Positions 47,388 to 55,459 of a stretch of DNA of 64,000 nucleotides are shown in pieces (position 1 is the stretch's first letter; each line of letters begins with the position of its first letter). The notes under the pieces are model-generated. The model had not been told where the DNA came from. It saw only the letters and a list, made by a program, of their open reading frames with translations, and ran no database searches. The position numbers and the translations under genes were made by a program. This stretch comes from a virus. Where the stretch lies: IMG/VR virus record IMGVR_UViG_3300025598_000021; one strand, written 5' to 3'.

Positions 47388-47421
47388 TATTTATATTATC
47401 ACACTCGATATCAGATGTCAA
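47388..47421 (-). promoter_or_regulatory. Overlapping sigma70 and late promoters heading the glutaredoxin/heptose operon
   Basis: Minus strand TTGACA-N17-TAATAT overlapping TATAAATA (47388-47395). Confidence 0.65.
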
Positions 47422-47656
47422 CAAAAAAATACTTGATTATTCCGATCCCATATATTATAGTTATGAATATCTGAATTACTATAAGAGACCACTTTTTCCA
47501 GTGCACGCCCATGATAAACCACAGTAGGTTTCCAACCAGGCTGATATAGATGTTGAGCGGAAAGATATTAAAAGACGTAAGAGCTACGCCGGCGACTAGT
47601 GTTACAGTCGCCAGCCATTCTATAACGACAAATATCTTACTTGATCTTTCTGACAT
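47411..47656 (-). CDS. Small multi-TM membrane protein
   Basis: Three hydrophobic segments. Confidence 0.7.
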   Translation of the reverse strand: MSERSSKIFVVIEWLATVTLVAGVALTSFNIFPLNIYISLVGNLLWFIMGVHWKKWSLIVIQIFITIIYGIGIIKYFFVDI

Positions 47657-48353
47657 AAGATGCCTTCACATTTCCTTTTCGAAGGGTCTCAAATCCATTA
47701 ATGAAGAGATAGTCTCTCTCAATCATATCGTGGTCGTACATCCAGATATCGTCAAACACATAGACTGACCCTACCGGTGACTTTGGCAAGAAATAATTTA
47801 GCTCATCGATCACAGCCTGATTGGTGTGGGGACCGTCATAGAAGACGAACGCGAACTTATCTTCTAACTTCTTTTCTTCGTCATACACTGGAACACCGTC
47901 CGGATAGCGAGCAAAAAACTCAGTATCTTCAAGACAGAAGAAAGTAAAGTTAAGTCCTTTAGAGAAACCATAGTAGTATAGAGATGGAATTACTCTATTT
48001 CGCATCGTGTTTGTGTAATCAAACTTCGTTGAAAATGAAACATCTTTAGACATCGGATCACCTTCTACCTGATGTTTACCAGGATAGTGAATAGATGCAT
48101 TGATGTTTGTGATCTCGAGATCGATGTTTCCATATGGATCGATACAGAACATCGATCGGTTAGTATCACCGCTGTGCTCTAAACAGTCCATGACCATTCT
48201 GGCCGATCCGCCGCGGCGAGTACCGATCTCAACTACAGCGCCCTCAACACCTTTGATAACAGGAACTGCGTCTACTAGAATCTCATACTCGGTACTGTCA
48301 GTATTAAAAACTTCATCAGGATTAAATCTAATCACGGTCATTTTGTTCTCCAC
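47637..48353 (-). CDS. Class I SAM-dependent methyltransferase (TylF/Methyltransf_24-like)
   Basis: VVEIGTRRGGS, CIDPYG, FVFYDGPH, VFDD. Confidence 0.8.
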   Translation of the reverse strand: MENKMTVIRFNPDEVFNTDSTEYEILVDAVPVIKGVEGAVVEIGTRRGGSARMVMDCLEHSGDTNRSMFCIDPYGNIDLEITNINASIHYPGKHQVEGDPMSKDVSFSTKFDYTNTMRNRVIPSLYYYGFSKGLNFTFFCLEDTEFFARYPDGVPVYDEEKKLEDKFAFVFYDGPHTNQAVIDELNYFLPKSPVGSVYVFDDIWMYDHDMIERDYLFINGFETLRKGNVKASYVRKIK

Positions 48354-48920
48354 TTAGTAAAAATCAACGATCTCGTCAGCTATTCCAAACTTGATTGCTT
48401 CTTTTGGTGTTAACCAGACGTCTTCTGCTGGCAGTAAATATTTCTTTATATTAGCTTCTGTCTGACCAGTACAACGCTTATAGTGTTCTACAATCCTTTG
48501 ACTGGTATTATTGAACTCTTTAACTTGAGCCATTAATTCGTGTTCTTTGCCAATAGAACCCCAAGAAAACTGGTGCGATAAGATCGCAGTGTTTCTTGTA
48601 ATATATCTATGTCCTTTAGCGCCGGCTATGAACGTCAACAGACCGCACGACGCGATCTCACCTAGTCCATATGTGTATATAGGTATTCTAGAACCCTTCA
48701 TCGTATCGATGAGTGCGAACGCAGAAGGAACTTCACCGCCAGGAGAATTGATGATCATTTTAATCTGTTTTGGTCTATCTTTTCTCATCAAATTTCTAGC
48801 AAGTATATATTTTAAAGCGTCTCCAGTTGAAGAAGCGTCAAACGTAGAATTAAAAAGATAGTAATGAAAGTCTTCGATGTCTGGAATTTCTGATTTTTCT
48901 TTTTCTTTGTCTAGACTCAC
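48354..48920 (-). CDS. clpP: ClpP-family serine protease
   Basis: INSPGG, IASCG (Ser), LSHQ (His), EDVWLTPKEA (Asp), GIADEI. Confidence 0.9.
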   Translation of the reverse strand: MSLDKEKEKSEIPDIEDFHYYLFNSTFDASSTGDALKYILARNLMRKDRPKQIKMIINSPGGEVPSAFALIDTMKGSRIPIYTYGLGEIASCGLLTFIAGAKGHRYITRNTAILSHQFSWGSIGKEHELMAQVKEFNNTSQRIVEHYKRCTGQTEANIKKYLLPAEDVWLTPKEAIKFGIADEIVDFY

Positions 48921-48942
48921 GTATCTTCTCCATTGTCGGGTG

Positions 48943-48970
48943 AAAAGGGAGGCACGGACATTGCCTCCCT
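48943..48970 (-). terminator. Intrinsic terminator
   Basis: Minus strand AGGGAGGCA..TGCCTCCC followed by TTTT. Confidence 0.8.
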
Positions 48971-48976
48971 AGTTGT

Positions 48977-49519
48977 TTATTTCTGAATATGAATGTGGTC
49001 GTAATGACCAGGCACTCTCCAGAGAACCGTGTAACCAGCAGCTCTTGCTTCAGCCGCTAGCTGATCAAATCTATGCGCATATTGTGAACTGGCTTCACGC
49101 ACGCCACGGCCGACATTAATATCGATCGCATTACCGGAGTAGTGCGCCGAATGATGTGCGTGTACGTGATGAACTCCACCAAAAGACGGATGTTCAGATA
49201 CGCGGAAGCCTCTATGCTGCAGTTCGTATCCGTATGCTACAAGCGAACCTGAAGCATGTCCGAAACCATACTGCTCTTCTTCGTGTTGTTGATAAGCACG
49301 TGCTTGTTTTCTTGTGCGAAATTTAACACGTGGACTAACGGACCACTCTTCTCCATTCGATGAAGTGCCACCGAGTAGCTCGGCGAACGGGTTCTCATAA
49401 GTCTCTTCTAAGTTTGTTGAATACTGAGTATTCTTGCTGTGACTGACTCTTGCTTCTGCAGTTTCGCTTATCGCGAAAACCATAGTAGCTACAGTCGCAG
49501 CTAGGATAATCTTCTTCAT
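48977..49519 (-). CDS. Secreted M15/LAS-type zinc peptidase (peptidoglycan hydrolase)
   Basis: Signal peptide ending AEA; SAHYSGNAID and HYDHIH. Confidence 0.75.
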   Translation of the reverse strand: MKKIILAATVATMVFAISETAEARVSHSKNTQYSTNLEETYENPFAELLGGTSSNGEEWSVSPRVKFRTRKQARAYQQHEEEQYGFGHASGSLVAYGYELQHRGFRVSEHPSFGGVHHVHAHHSAHYSGNAIDINVGRGVREASSQYAHRFDQLAAEARAAGYTVLWRVPGHYDHIHIQK

Positions 49520-49553
49520 ATATTTACCTTTCTTTTATGCGTAACCGACTAAG

Positions 49554-49967
49554 TCACTGCACTTGCATATGTAATCGTGCTGTTCCATGGGATTTAAAGC
49601 CGAGAGCATTGGCTACGTTTTGATTTACGTCGAGTGTTCTACCTCTGACGAATGGCCCTCTATCGGTTACGACGGCTGTTACTGTCCTTCCGTTGGCGGG
49701 ATTGGTAATCAATACCCTAGTACCAAACGGAAGAGTTCTATGAGCTACACCATAGGTGGCTCTCATACCCGAAGCTGTCCGTCCACTTCGGTCATTATAC
49801 CACGAGGCGTTATGACGCCCAGTGGAATAGATATTTATATGTTTAGAGTGTTTACCTTGACTCACCTGTTCTATCTGAGATCCTCCAAATAGATCATCTA
49901 CAAATCCGGCCTGAGCGGTATTCCACGTACCAAACACAAGCGCCATTATAAAAATCACGTATTTCAT
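49554..49967 (-). CDS. rlpA: Secreted RlpA-like lytic transglycosylase (DPBB)
   Basis: Signal peptide; ASWY, TASG, AHRTLPFGT, DRGPF..LDV. Confidence 0.88.
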   Translation of the reverse strand: MKYVIFIMALVFGTWNTAQAGFVDDLFGGSQIEQVSQGKHSKHINIYSTGRHNASWYNDRSGRTASGMRATYGVAHRTLPFGTRVLITNPANGRTVTAVVTDRGPFVRGRTLDVNQNVANALGFKSHGTARLHMQVQ

Positions 49968-49986
49968 ATTATAGCCTTTCAGATAT

Positions 49987-50063
49987 TGGTACTCCTGACA
50001 GGACTCGAACCTGTAACCGCGCTGTTATGAGCAGCGAGAACTGACCAATTGTTCTACAGGAGT
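49987..50063 (-). tRNA. tRNA with CAT anticodon, probably Ile2 (lysidine) or elongator Met
   Basis: Acceptor ACTCCTG/CAGGAGT plus A-CCA; CGCTG-CTCATAA-CAGCG; C4-G69 and C5-G68 as in TilS substrates. Confidence 0.88.
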
Positions 50064-50064
50064 A

Positions 50065-50640
50065 TTAGATGAAGTTAAAGTTTAACACCACTTTTCTGTT
50101 GGTGTAGGTCGGTGAGCTACTAGAATGATACTGATGCCCATTAAAGAAGATTGAAGAGTTTTCTTTTGGTGATACCCTAGTAAACTCTGTGACATTATTT
50201 TTTAATACTTCTTGTAGGTAGAAATCAGCCGGCTGACCGTCGTCCGGATTATAAAACTCATTATACAGTATGGTATCACCATCATTGTTGTTAAAATATA
50301 GCAGCCCAGTCATATGTCTATCATCCATGTCTACGTGTGGTGGATGAATATGGCCAATAGGATTAATCTGCAGCATAGTCAATCTAATTCTAAGAATAGC
50401 GTTGACTTTATATCCGGCGGTATCAGCCAGATGCAGAATACACGCTTCCGCTAAGTTTGTAATTTGAGAATTACTTCTTCCATCAAAGTAAGCTAGGTGA
50501 TAGAAGCTGTAGCTAAACTTATCCTCATTAGACCTATACGTGGTCTCATTATAAAACCAAGGAAAGTTTCTATCAAATACTTCATTCTTGAATCTGTCAA
50601 ATAGCTGTCTTGGCAGAGCGTTTTCACGTTGAATCATCAT
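50065..50640 (-). CDS. 2OG-Fe(II) oxygenase (paralog of 22707-23288)
   Basis: PHVD..LYFNNNDGDT..FNGHQYHSSSSP..R..NFNF. Confidence 0.8.
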   Translation of the reverse strand: MMIQRENALPRQLFDRFKNEVFDRNFPWFYNETTYRSNEDKFSYSFYHLAYFDGRSNSQITNLAEACILHLADTAGYKVNAILRIRLTMLQINPIGHIHPPHVDMDDRHMTGLLYFNNNDGDTILYNEFYNPDDGQPADFYLQEVLKNNVTEFTRVSPKENSSIFFNGHQYHSSSSPTYTNRKVVLNFNFI

Positions 50641-50666
50641 ATAACCTATTAATTGACTATTTGCGT

Positions 50667-50695
50667 ATTATACACTACTTCTTTAGAAATGTCAA
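50667..50695 (-). promoter_or_regulatory. Consensus sigma70 promoter
   Basis: Minus strand TTGACA-N17-TATAAT. Confidence 0.75.
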
Positions 50696-51079
50696 ATGAT
50701 TCTTTCTCACTTTACACATTATCCAAGAGTTATACCAGTCATCTGACTCTAACACGCTATTTTCGAACTGGTATTTTGCCTCGAAGTATGTCATCTCACC
50801 CTTAGAAGAGCAGAACCTTATAATTTCTCTACTAAAATTATGTTTTCCTAGTAGGTTGACGTCTTCATTTAATTTATCGTTAGAGCCGTAGTATTCTTTC
50901 CAGTCAGACTCTACCTTGTACCTCTTCTTCTTGCCTTTTATCTGTTTAGTCTTGGCGAAGTAGAAGTTCTTTTTGCCGATATATTTGCGTTTGGTGCGGA
51001 GATTTTCTATTATATAGACGAATCCAATAAACTTTTCGGGTATATTCTCCAATACTTTTTCTTCATAAAACCAAGTCAT
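50675..51079 (-). CDS. denA: GIY-YIG nuclease, endonuclease II (DenA)-like
   Basis: GFVYII..KYIGKK, ESDWKEYYGS, FSREI, YFEAK, WYN. Confidence 0.75.
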   Translation of the reverse strand: MTWFYEEKVLENIPEKFIGFVYIIENLRTKRKYIGKKNFYFAKTKQIKGKKKRYKVESDWKEYYGSNDKLNEDVNLLGKHNFSREIIRFCSSKGEMTYFEAKYQFENSVLESDDWYNSWIMCKVRKNHLTFLKK

Positions 51080-51093
51080 AAGATATCCTAAAA

Positions 51094-51174
51094 TATAAAT
51101 AAAACGTAGATCGCAGAGCGGGAACTCTCATCTACTCTAACCCTGCATGGAGGATCAGCATATGATTATTTATA
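51094..51174. promoter_or_regulatory. Face-to-face late promoters with a structured leader between them
   Basis: TATAAATA on + (51094-51101) and on - (51167-51174); stem GTAGAT..ATCTAC (51106-51135). Confidence 0.6.
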
Positions 51175-51722
51175 TTCCATATACCTATCTTATTGGATGG
51201 TCAAAATACAATATATGGTATTATGGCGTAAGATACGCCAAAGGATGTCAACCCTCAGATTTATGGACATCTTATTTCACTTCTTCAAAACTTGTTAAAA
51301 AGGCTCGATCAGAATATGGCGAGCCTGATATTATCCAAATCCGTAAAACTTTTACAAACGAAAACAACGCCAGAATATGGGAAACTAAAGTTCTTCGAAG
51401 ATTGAAAGTTGTTTTAAGAGAAGATTTTATAAATCAAACAGATAATATCGCAATTTCCATACAATCTGCTTCAGTTCCAAAACCTGGAACTTCTACCGCC
51501 ATGATCGGGAATCATAATGCTTCTGGTAACAAAGGCAAAAAACAATCAAAAGATCATATAATAAAAAGGACCAGTAAATTAAAAGGAAGAATTTTCTCTC
51601 AAGAAACTATAGAAAAAATGAGATTAGCCAAAATTGGCAAAAAACAATCTATAGAAAGTAATTTAAAAAGATCAAAAGCTCTAACTGGTAAAAAACGTGG
51701 CCCTTATAAGAAAAAGGATTAA
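51162..51722 (+). mobile_element. Free-standing GIY-YIG homing endonuclease with NUMOD3 repeats, inverted relative to neighbours
   Basis: PYTYLIGW..WYYGVRY, YFTSS; GKKQS and FSQETIEKMR repeats; AT-rich; GGAGG RBS. Confidence 0.85.
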
Positions 51723-51756
51723 TCCATGACATCCCGAATCTCCTTCGGGATATTTA

Positions 51757-51942
51757 TCACTCATCAAAGTCGAGTTCTTCTTGGTCGATGTCTTCGTAGT
51801 AACCTACCAACCCACATATGTTCGAAATAAATTCATGGATGTCTGATATGTCTATACCATCTAGCTCGTCATCGTCTTCTGTGATCTTATTATCTCTAAT
51901 AAATTCTCTACAGAGATCAAACAGTTCTGCGTCTACCTTCAT
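51757..51942 (-). CDS. Small acidic hypothetical protein
   Basis: ATGA overlap with upstream gene; AAGGAG RBS. Confidence 0.65.
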   Translation of the reverse strand: MKVDAELFDLCREFIRDNKITEDDDELDGIDISDIHEFISNICGLVGYYEDIDQEELDFDE

Positions 51943-52451
51943 TTGTTCTTCTCCTTATTAAGATAGTCCGAGCACTGTTCTTCCATGTCGTCAAACTTTC
52001 CACAATACGTCTTGATCCAGTCTGTCTTAATCATTTCTTGTGCTTCGTCTACAGTGATGATACCGTCACAGATCTCACGATGCAGTCTATTCTCTAGCTT
52101 ATCTTTAACGTGGGCGTTCCACGGCTTGGTCTCATAAGACTGCGGCCATAGATTCTTAATATCGTTAGAACCGCCGAGTTCTAGCGAGATGAGATGATCA
52201 ATCTCAAACTTCTCTCTAGTGCGATCTAGATGATACAAGTCGAAAGCCTGCTGCTTAGTTCTACTCGAAACGTTTCTTACAGATCCAGAATAGCCAGAAA
52301 GACAGATGTTCTCTCTAGTTCCTCTTGGATCCGCAACTCCAGGAGTCATCACTGGATTAGGTAGAATAGGCGATACTACTATTGGATCGCCAAAAGCAGT
52401 ACCACACGATAAGAAAGCAAATAAGACTGCGAATTTAAATCTATTAATCAT
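51939..52451 (-). CDS. Secreted HNH-like nuclease
   Basis: N-terminal signal peptide; EIDHLISLELGGSN..NLWPQ..KDKLEN. Confidence 0.75.
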   Translation of the reverse strand: MINRFKFAVLFAFLSCGTAFGDPIVVSPILPNPVMTPGVADPRGTRENICLSGYSGSVRNVSSRTKQQAFDLYHLDRTREKFEIDHLISLELGGSNDIKNLWPQSYETKPWNAHVKDKLENRLHREICDGIITVDEAQEMIKTDWIKTYCGKFDDMEEQCSDYLNKEKNK

Positions 52452-52665
52452 TCTTTTTCTCTTCTATTAATTGTTTTATATCCACCACCATTTCATTCTC
52501 TATAAGGTTGATACAAATCGTTGTTATTTCAATATCTTTTCTTATAAAGAACATCTTTTGATTTAGGATCTCCAGCTGTTCTTTATAATATGCTAGCTCT
52601 TTTTCTTTTCTAGCCTTAGTCTCATAGATATCAGTGAGTAGGATTATCTTACTATTCCCTGTCAT
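52444..52665 (-). CDS. Hypothetical coiled-coil protein
   Basis: Overlaps both neighbours. Confidence 0.65.
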   Translation of the reverse strand: MTGNSKIILLTDIYETKARKEKELAYYKEQLEILNQKMFFIRKDIEITTICINLIENEMVVDIKQLIEEKKND

Positions 52666-52843
52666 GTTCCTTTTTCATTTTCCTATAGACAGCAGCGCCA
52701 TACGCCTCTTCATAGAAGTCTTCTAGGCAGCCTGGATCTTGTATCTTAACTTCTTTAGAAGAGGCGATCTTAATGTCGGACACAGCTGTTCTATACCCTT
52801 CTTCGTATCCAGCTTTATAGCCGTTGTTCCAGTCGTCGTTCAT
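52652..52843 (-). CDS. Hypothetical protein
   Basis: GYKAGYEEGY repeat; ATGA overlap with nrdJ. Confidence 0.6.
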   Translation of the reverse strand: MNDDWNNGYKAGYEEGYRTAVSDIKIASSKEVKIQDPGCLEDFYEEAYGAAVYRKMKKEHDRE

Positions 52844-54723
52844 ATCTCACAACTCCCAGCTGTGCACGCTAGCGTCTGCGCCCCTTCAACTTGATCAGTC
52901 AACTCGATTAGAGAGTCCCAGTCGACCGTTGTTGGGATATTTATAATAGCAGCTTCGTATTCTTCTTTAGTGATAGTCTCGTATGGAGCCTGTCTATAAG
53001 TGCCGCCGTCGTATGGAAGGAACGACACGCCAGACATCTCCTCAAAGTGATCGTATACCCAAGCGCCGACTCTTGGCCACTCTTCCTCTTTCACGTTGAT
53101 GGTGACGGAAGGCTTGTGCTCACACCAGTGACGCTGGTACTTCAACCAGAGCTCTAGATGCTTAATGGCGTCTACTTCTTCTCTTACTATTGAGCCTTCT
53201 GGTAGTTTCATTGGAAACGAAAAGACAGTAGTAGAGTGAGGCTTAGTAACATCAGGCTCATGAGGAACGCCAGCATCGATAAGATGTTTAGTAAGGGGAT
53301 CTTTGTTGTCAGACCGTACGCGACGAATATAATAGCGGTCGTGACCTGGATGAATACCGGAAGGACTAAGAACAAGTTGGCTAACAGTTCCGGATGGTTT
53401 AACACAGGTGATAGCAGTTGACTGATTGATTCCAAGTTTCTCACTCCATTCTTTATTCGCGTCGATAGCGACCTGCTTCAACTTCTCAAGACGAGCCGGT
53501 AGATCCGGATCTTCAGGATCGTTCATAAGAGGTGAGTCGTAGATGCCTGTAAACGACACGCCTAACAGTCTCTCTTCTTCAGTATTCTTCTGCCATATCT
53601 TGCGAAGATACGGAAAGTCGGTCATCGTCGATTGAAACGTTCCCAATACTGCCGCGACTCTAATCTTTCTTGCAAGAGTTCTTTCAGTGTCATCAGCTCT
53701 GATAACGACTTCCGTGAGATTGCAGAATTGATAAGGTCTGAGGATAATCTCTGAACAGGGGTTAGTTCCGAATTCAAACGATGGATCTCTGCGGCCGTTC
53801 TTTTTAGCGACACGTTGCGATGCAGCACGGCTAAATATGCCTCTTTCTCCTGACTTGGACTCGTAGATTGATAGCCACTCTTGCATGAACTGTCCGACTT
53901 CGGGCTTCTCTGTGTAAACTGCTGAATTATTTGAAAGAGCTCTTTGAACATTTGCTTCCCACCATTGACCTGCTTTTGCATGACGCATTCTATCGTCAGA
54001 AAGATTAGAGAGTGAAATCATGGCGGAACGACGCACGCCACCGACGACTACCACCTCGCCGATCTTACACATGATATCGTGACACTCTAGCGAAGTCAAC
54101 TTGCGGCCATGAGCGTTCTTAAATATGCGAACGATAAACTTGAACAGCTCGTTAAGTGGTTCTGGACCAGAAGAGCGTCCGCCGAACGTCTTAAGAACGG
54201 ACCCGGCAGGACGAAGTTTAGACACGTCCCACTTTGGGATCTCACCGGTATACAACAGTGCGATCAACATACGCAGCGCCTTTGCCCAACCCTCTTTAGA
54301 GTCTCTAACTGTGATTAGTGTGTCACAGTCGTATAGTTGTTCTGGAATTTCCGGTAATTTATTAACGTACTGACGCTCAACTGAGAAGCCAACACCGGTG
54401 CCGTTCATAAGAATACACATGGCCTCATCGAACGCTTTAGGGTCGTCAATAGGTAGGTATGAACAGTTGTAGCCGGCGACATTGTCGCGATCTAGAGCCT
54501 TACCCGCCGTCATAAGTGCGCGCATAGACGGCATCACTTCAAGATTAAAAATAGCGTTGAATACTTCTTTCTTTAGAGACGCGTCGTCGACACCTACCTT
54601 GTCGAACATGTAGTCGACGTAGCGCTGGACTGTCTCTTGCCAATGTTCTCTACGATTTAATTCTGGAAGATATCTTGCGTATCTGGACTTGTGAATATAT
54701 TGCTGGTAAACGTTCATTGACAT
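52840..54723 (-). CDS. nrdJ: Class II (adenosylcobalamin-dependent) ribonucleotide reductase
   Basis: GYNCSY, GTGVGFS, GGVRRSA, GTNPCSEI, TCVKPSGTVSQL, C-terminal CTAGSCEI; no adjacent beta subunit. Confidence 0.93.
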   Translation of the reverse strand: MSMNVYQQYIHKSRYARYLPELNRREHWQETVQRYVDYMFDKVGVDDASLKKEVFNAIFNLEVMPSMRALMTAGKALDRDNVAGYNCSYLPIDDPKAFDEAMCILMNGTGVGFSVERQYVNKLPEIPEQLYDCDTLITVRDSKEGWAKALRMLIALLYTGEIPKWDVSKLRPAGSVLKTFGGRSSGPEPLNELFKFIVRIFKNAHGRKLTSLECHDIMCKIGEVVVVGGVRRSAMISLSNLSDDRMRHAKAGQWWEANVQRALSNNSAVYTEKPEVGQFMQEWLSIYESKSGERGIFSRAASQRVAKKNGRRDPSFEFGTNPCSEIILRPYQFCNLTEVVIRADDTERTLARKIRVAAVLGTFQSTMTDFPYLRKIWQKNTEEERLLGVSFTGIYDSPLMNDPEDPDLPARLEKLKQVAIDANKEWSEKLGINQSTAITCVKPSGTVSQLVLSPSGIHPGHDRYYIRRVRSDNKDPLTKHLIDAGVPHEPDVTKPHSTTVFSFPMKLPEGSIVREEVDAIKHLELWLKYQRHWCEHKPSVTINVKEEEWPRVGAWVYDHFEEMSGVSFLPYDGGTYRQAPYETITKEEYEAAIINIPTTVDWDSLIELTDQVEGAQTLACTAGSCEI

Positions 54724-54755
54724 TCTTCTATCCTTCGTACTTAAATTCGTTGTAA

Positions 54756-55448
54756 TTATTTCTTCACATCTTTTAATGACGGAAATTCTTTAACTAATTG
54801 ACTCCAAGCGCTACTAGCTACTTCGCGATGTTCTTTCTGAGTTCCTTCTGACATTCTTATATCGCAGTAGTGTATCCAAGATCTAAGCGTGCCATTCATA
54901 TACATTCTAGAAATAGTCAAACCTTCTGGTAATACCGCTCTTGCCTGTTCTTTTGCAATACCGTTTGCTATTGCCCACTTATAGCCAAGAATACATTCGT
55001 GAATCAACTGCTCTTGTTTTACCTTCCAGTCTCTATGTAACTCTTTATCTCCAGTTTCAATAGAATTTTGTCTATTCTTTGTATCTTGCAGACGCGCTTC
55101 TCTAATACCAAAACCTAAATCTGAAGTTGGATCGGCGTAGCGCTGACTGAATTCTTGAAATGTAAATGAGCGATGTCTGAGAATCTGGCGAGCGATGTCG
55201 CGTGTGGTATTTATCTCCATGACTATATTGACCATCTCAAATGGAGACCAGTGCTTATTTTTAACAAGATACTTTAGTAGCTTATCAGCAGTGAGATGGT
55301 TGTTCTGGTTAGACGGGTTAGACACCCTAGCGACGTATGCGACGAACTCATCGACCGTCAGGGCTCTCTGTCTATTGTAGAACCATTTAGAATACTCTGT
55401 CTCATATAACTTAGGCTGTGTAACAGCGACGATCTTAGCGTCATTCAT
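54756..55448 (-). CDS. thyX: Flavin-dependent thymidylate synthase
   Basis: HWSPFE, RQILRHRSFTFQEFSQRY, EQARAVLP, QKEHR. Confidence 0.96.
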   Translation of the reverse strand: MNDAKIVAVTQPKLYETEYSKWFYNRQRALTVDEFVAYVARVSNPSNQNNHLTADKLLKYLVKNKHWSPFEMVNIVMEINTTRDIARQILRHRSFTFQEFSQRYADPTSDLGFGIREARLQDTKNRQNSIETGDKELHRDWKVKQEQLIHECILGYKWAIANGIAKEQARAVLPEGLTISRMYMNGTLRSWIHYCDIRMSEGTQKEHREVASSAWSQLVKEFPSLKDVKK

Positions 55449-55459
55449 GCGATGTTCCT

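Noticed and set aside
48354-48920. ClpP as the head maturation protease
   Set aside because: A canonical gp21 is present in the head module and this gene lies far from it.
49987-50063. Initiator tRNA-fMet
   Set aside because: Positions 1-72 are paired (A-U) and the three consecutive G-C anticodon-stem pairs are absent.
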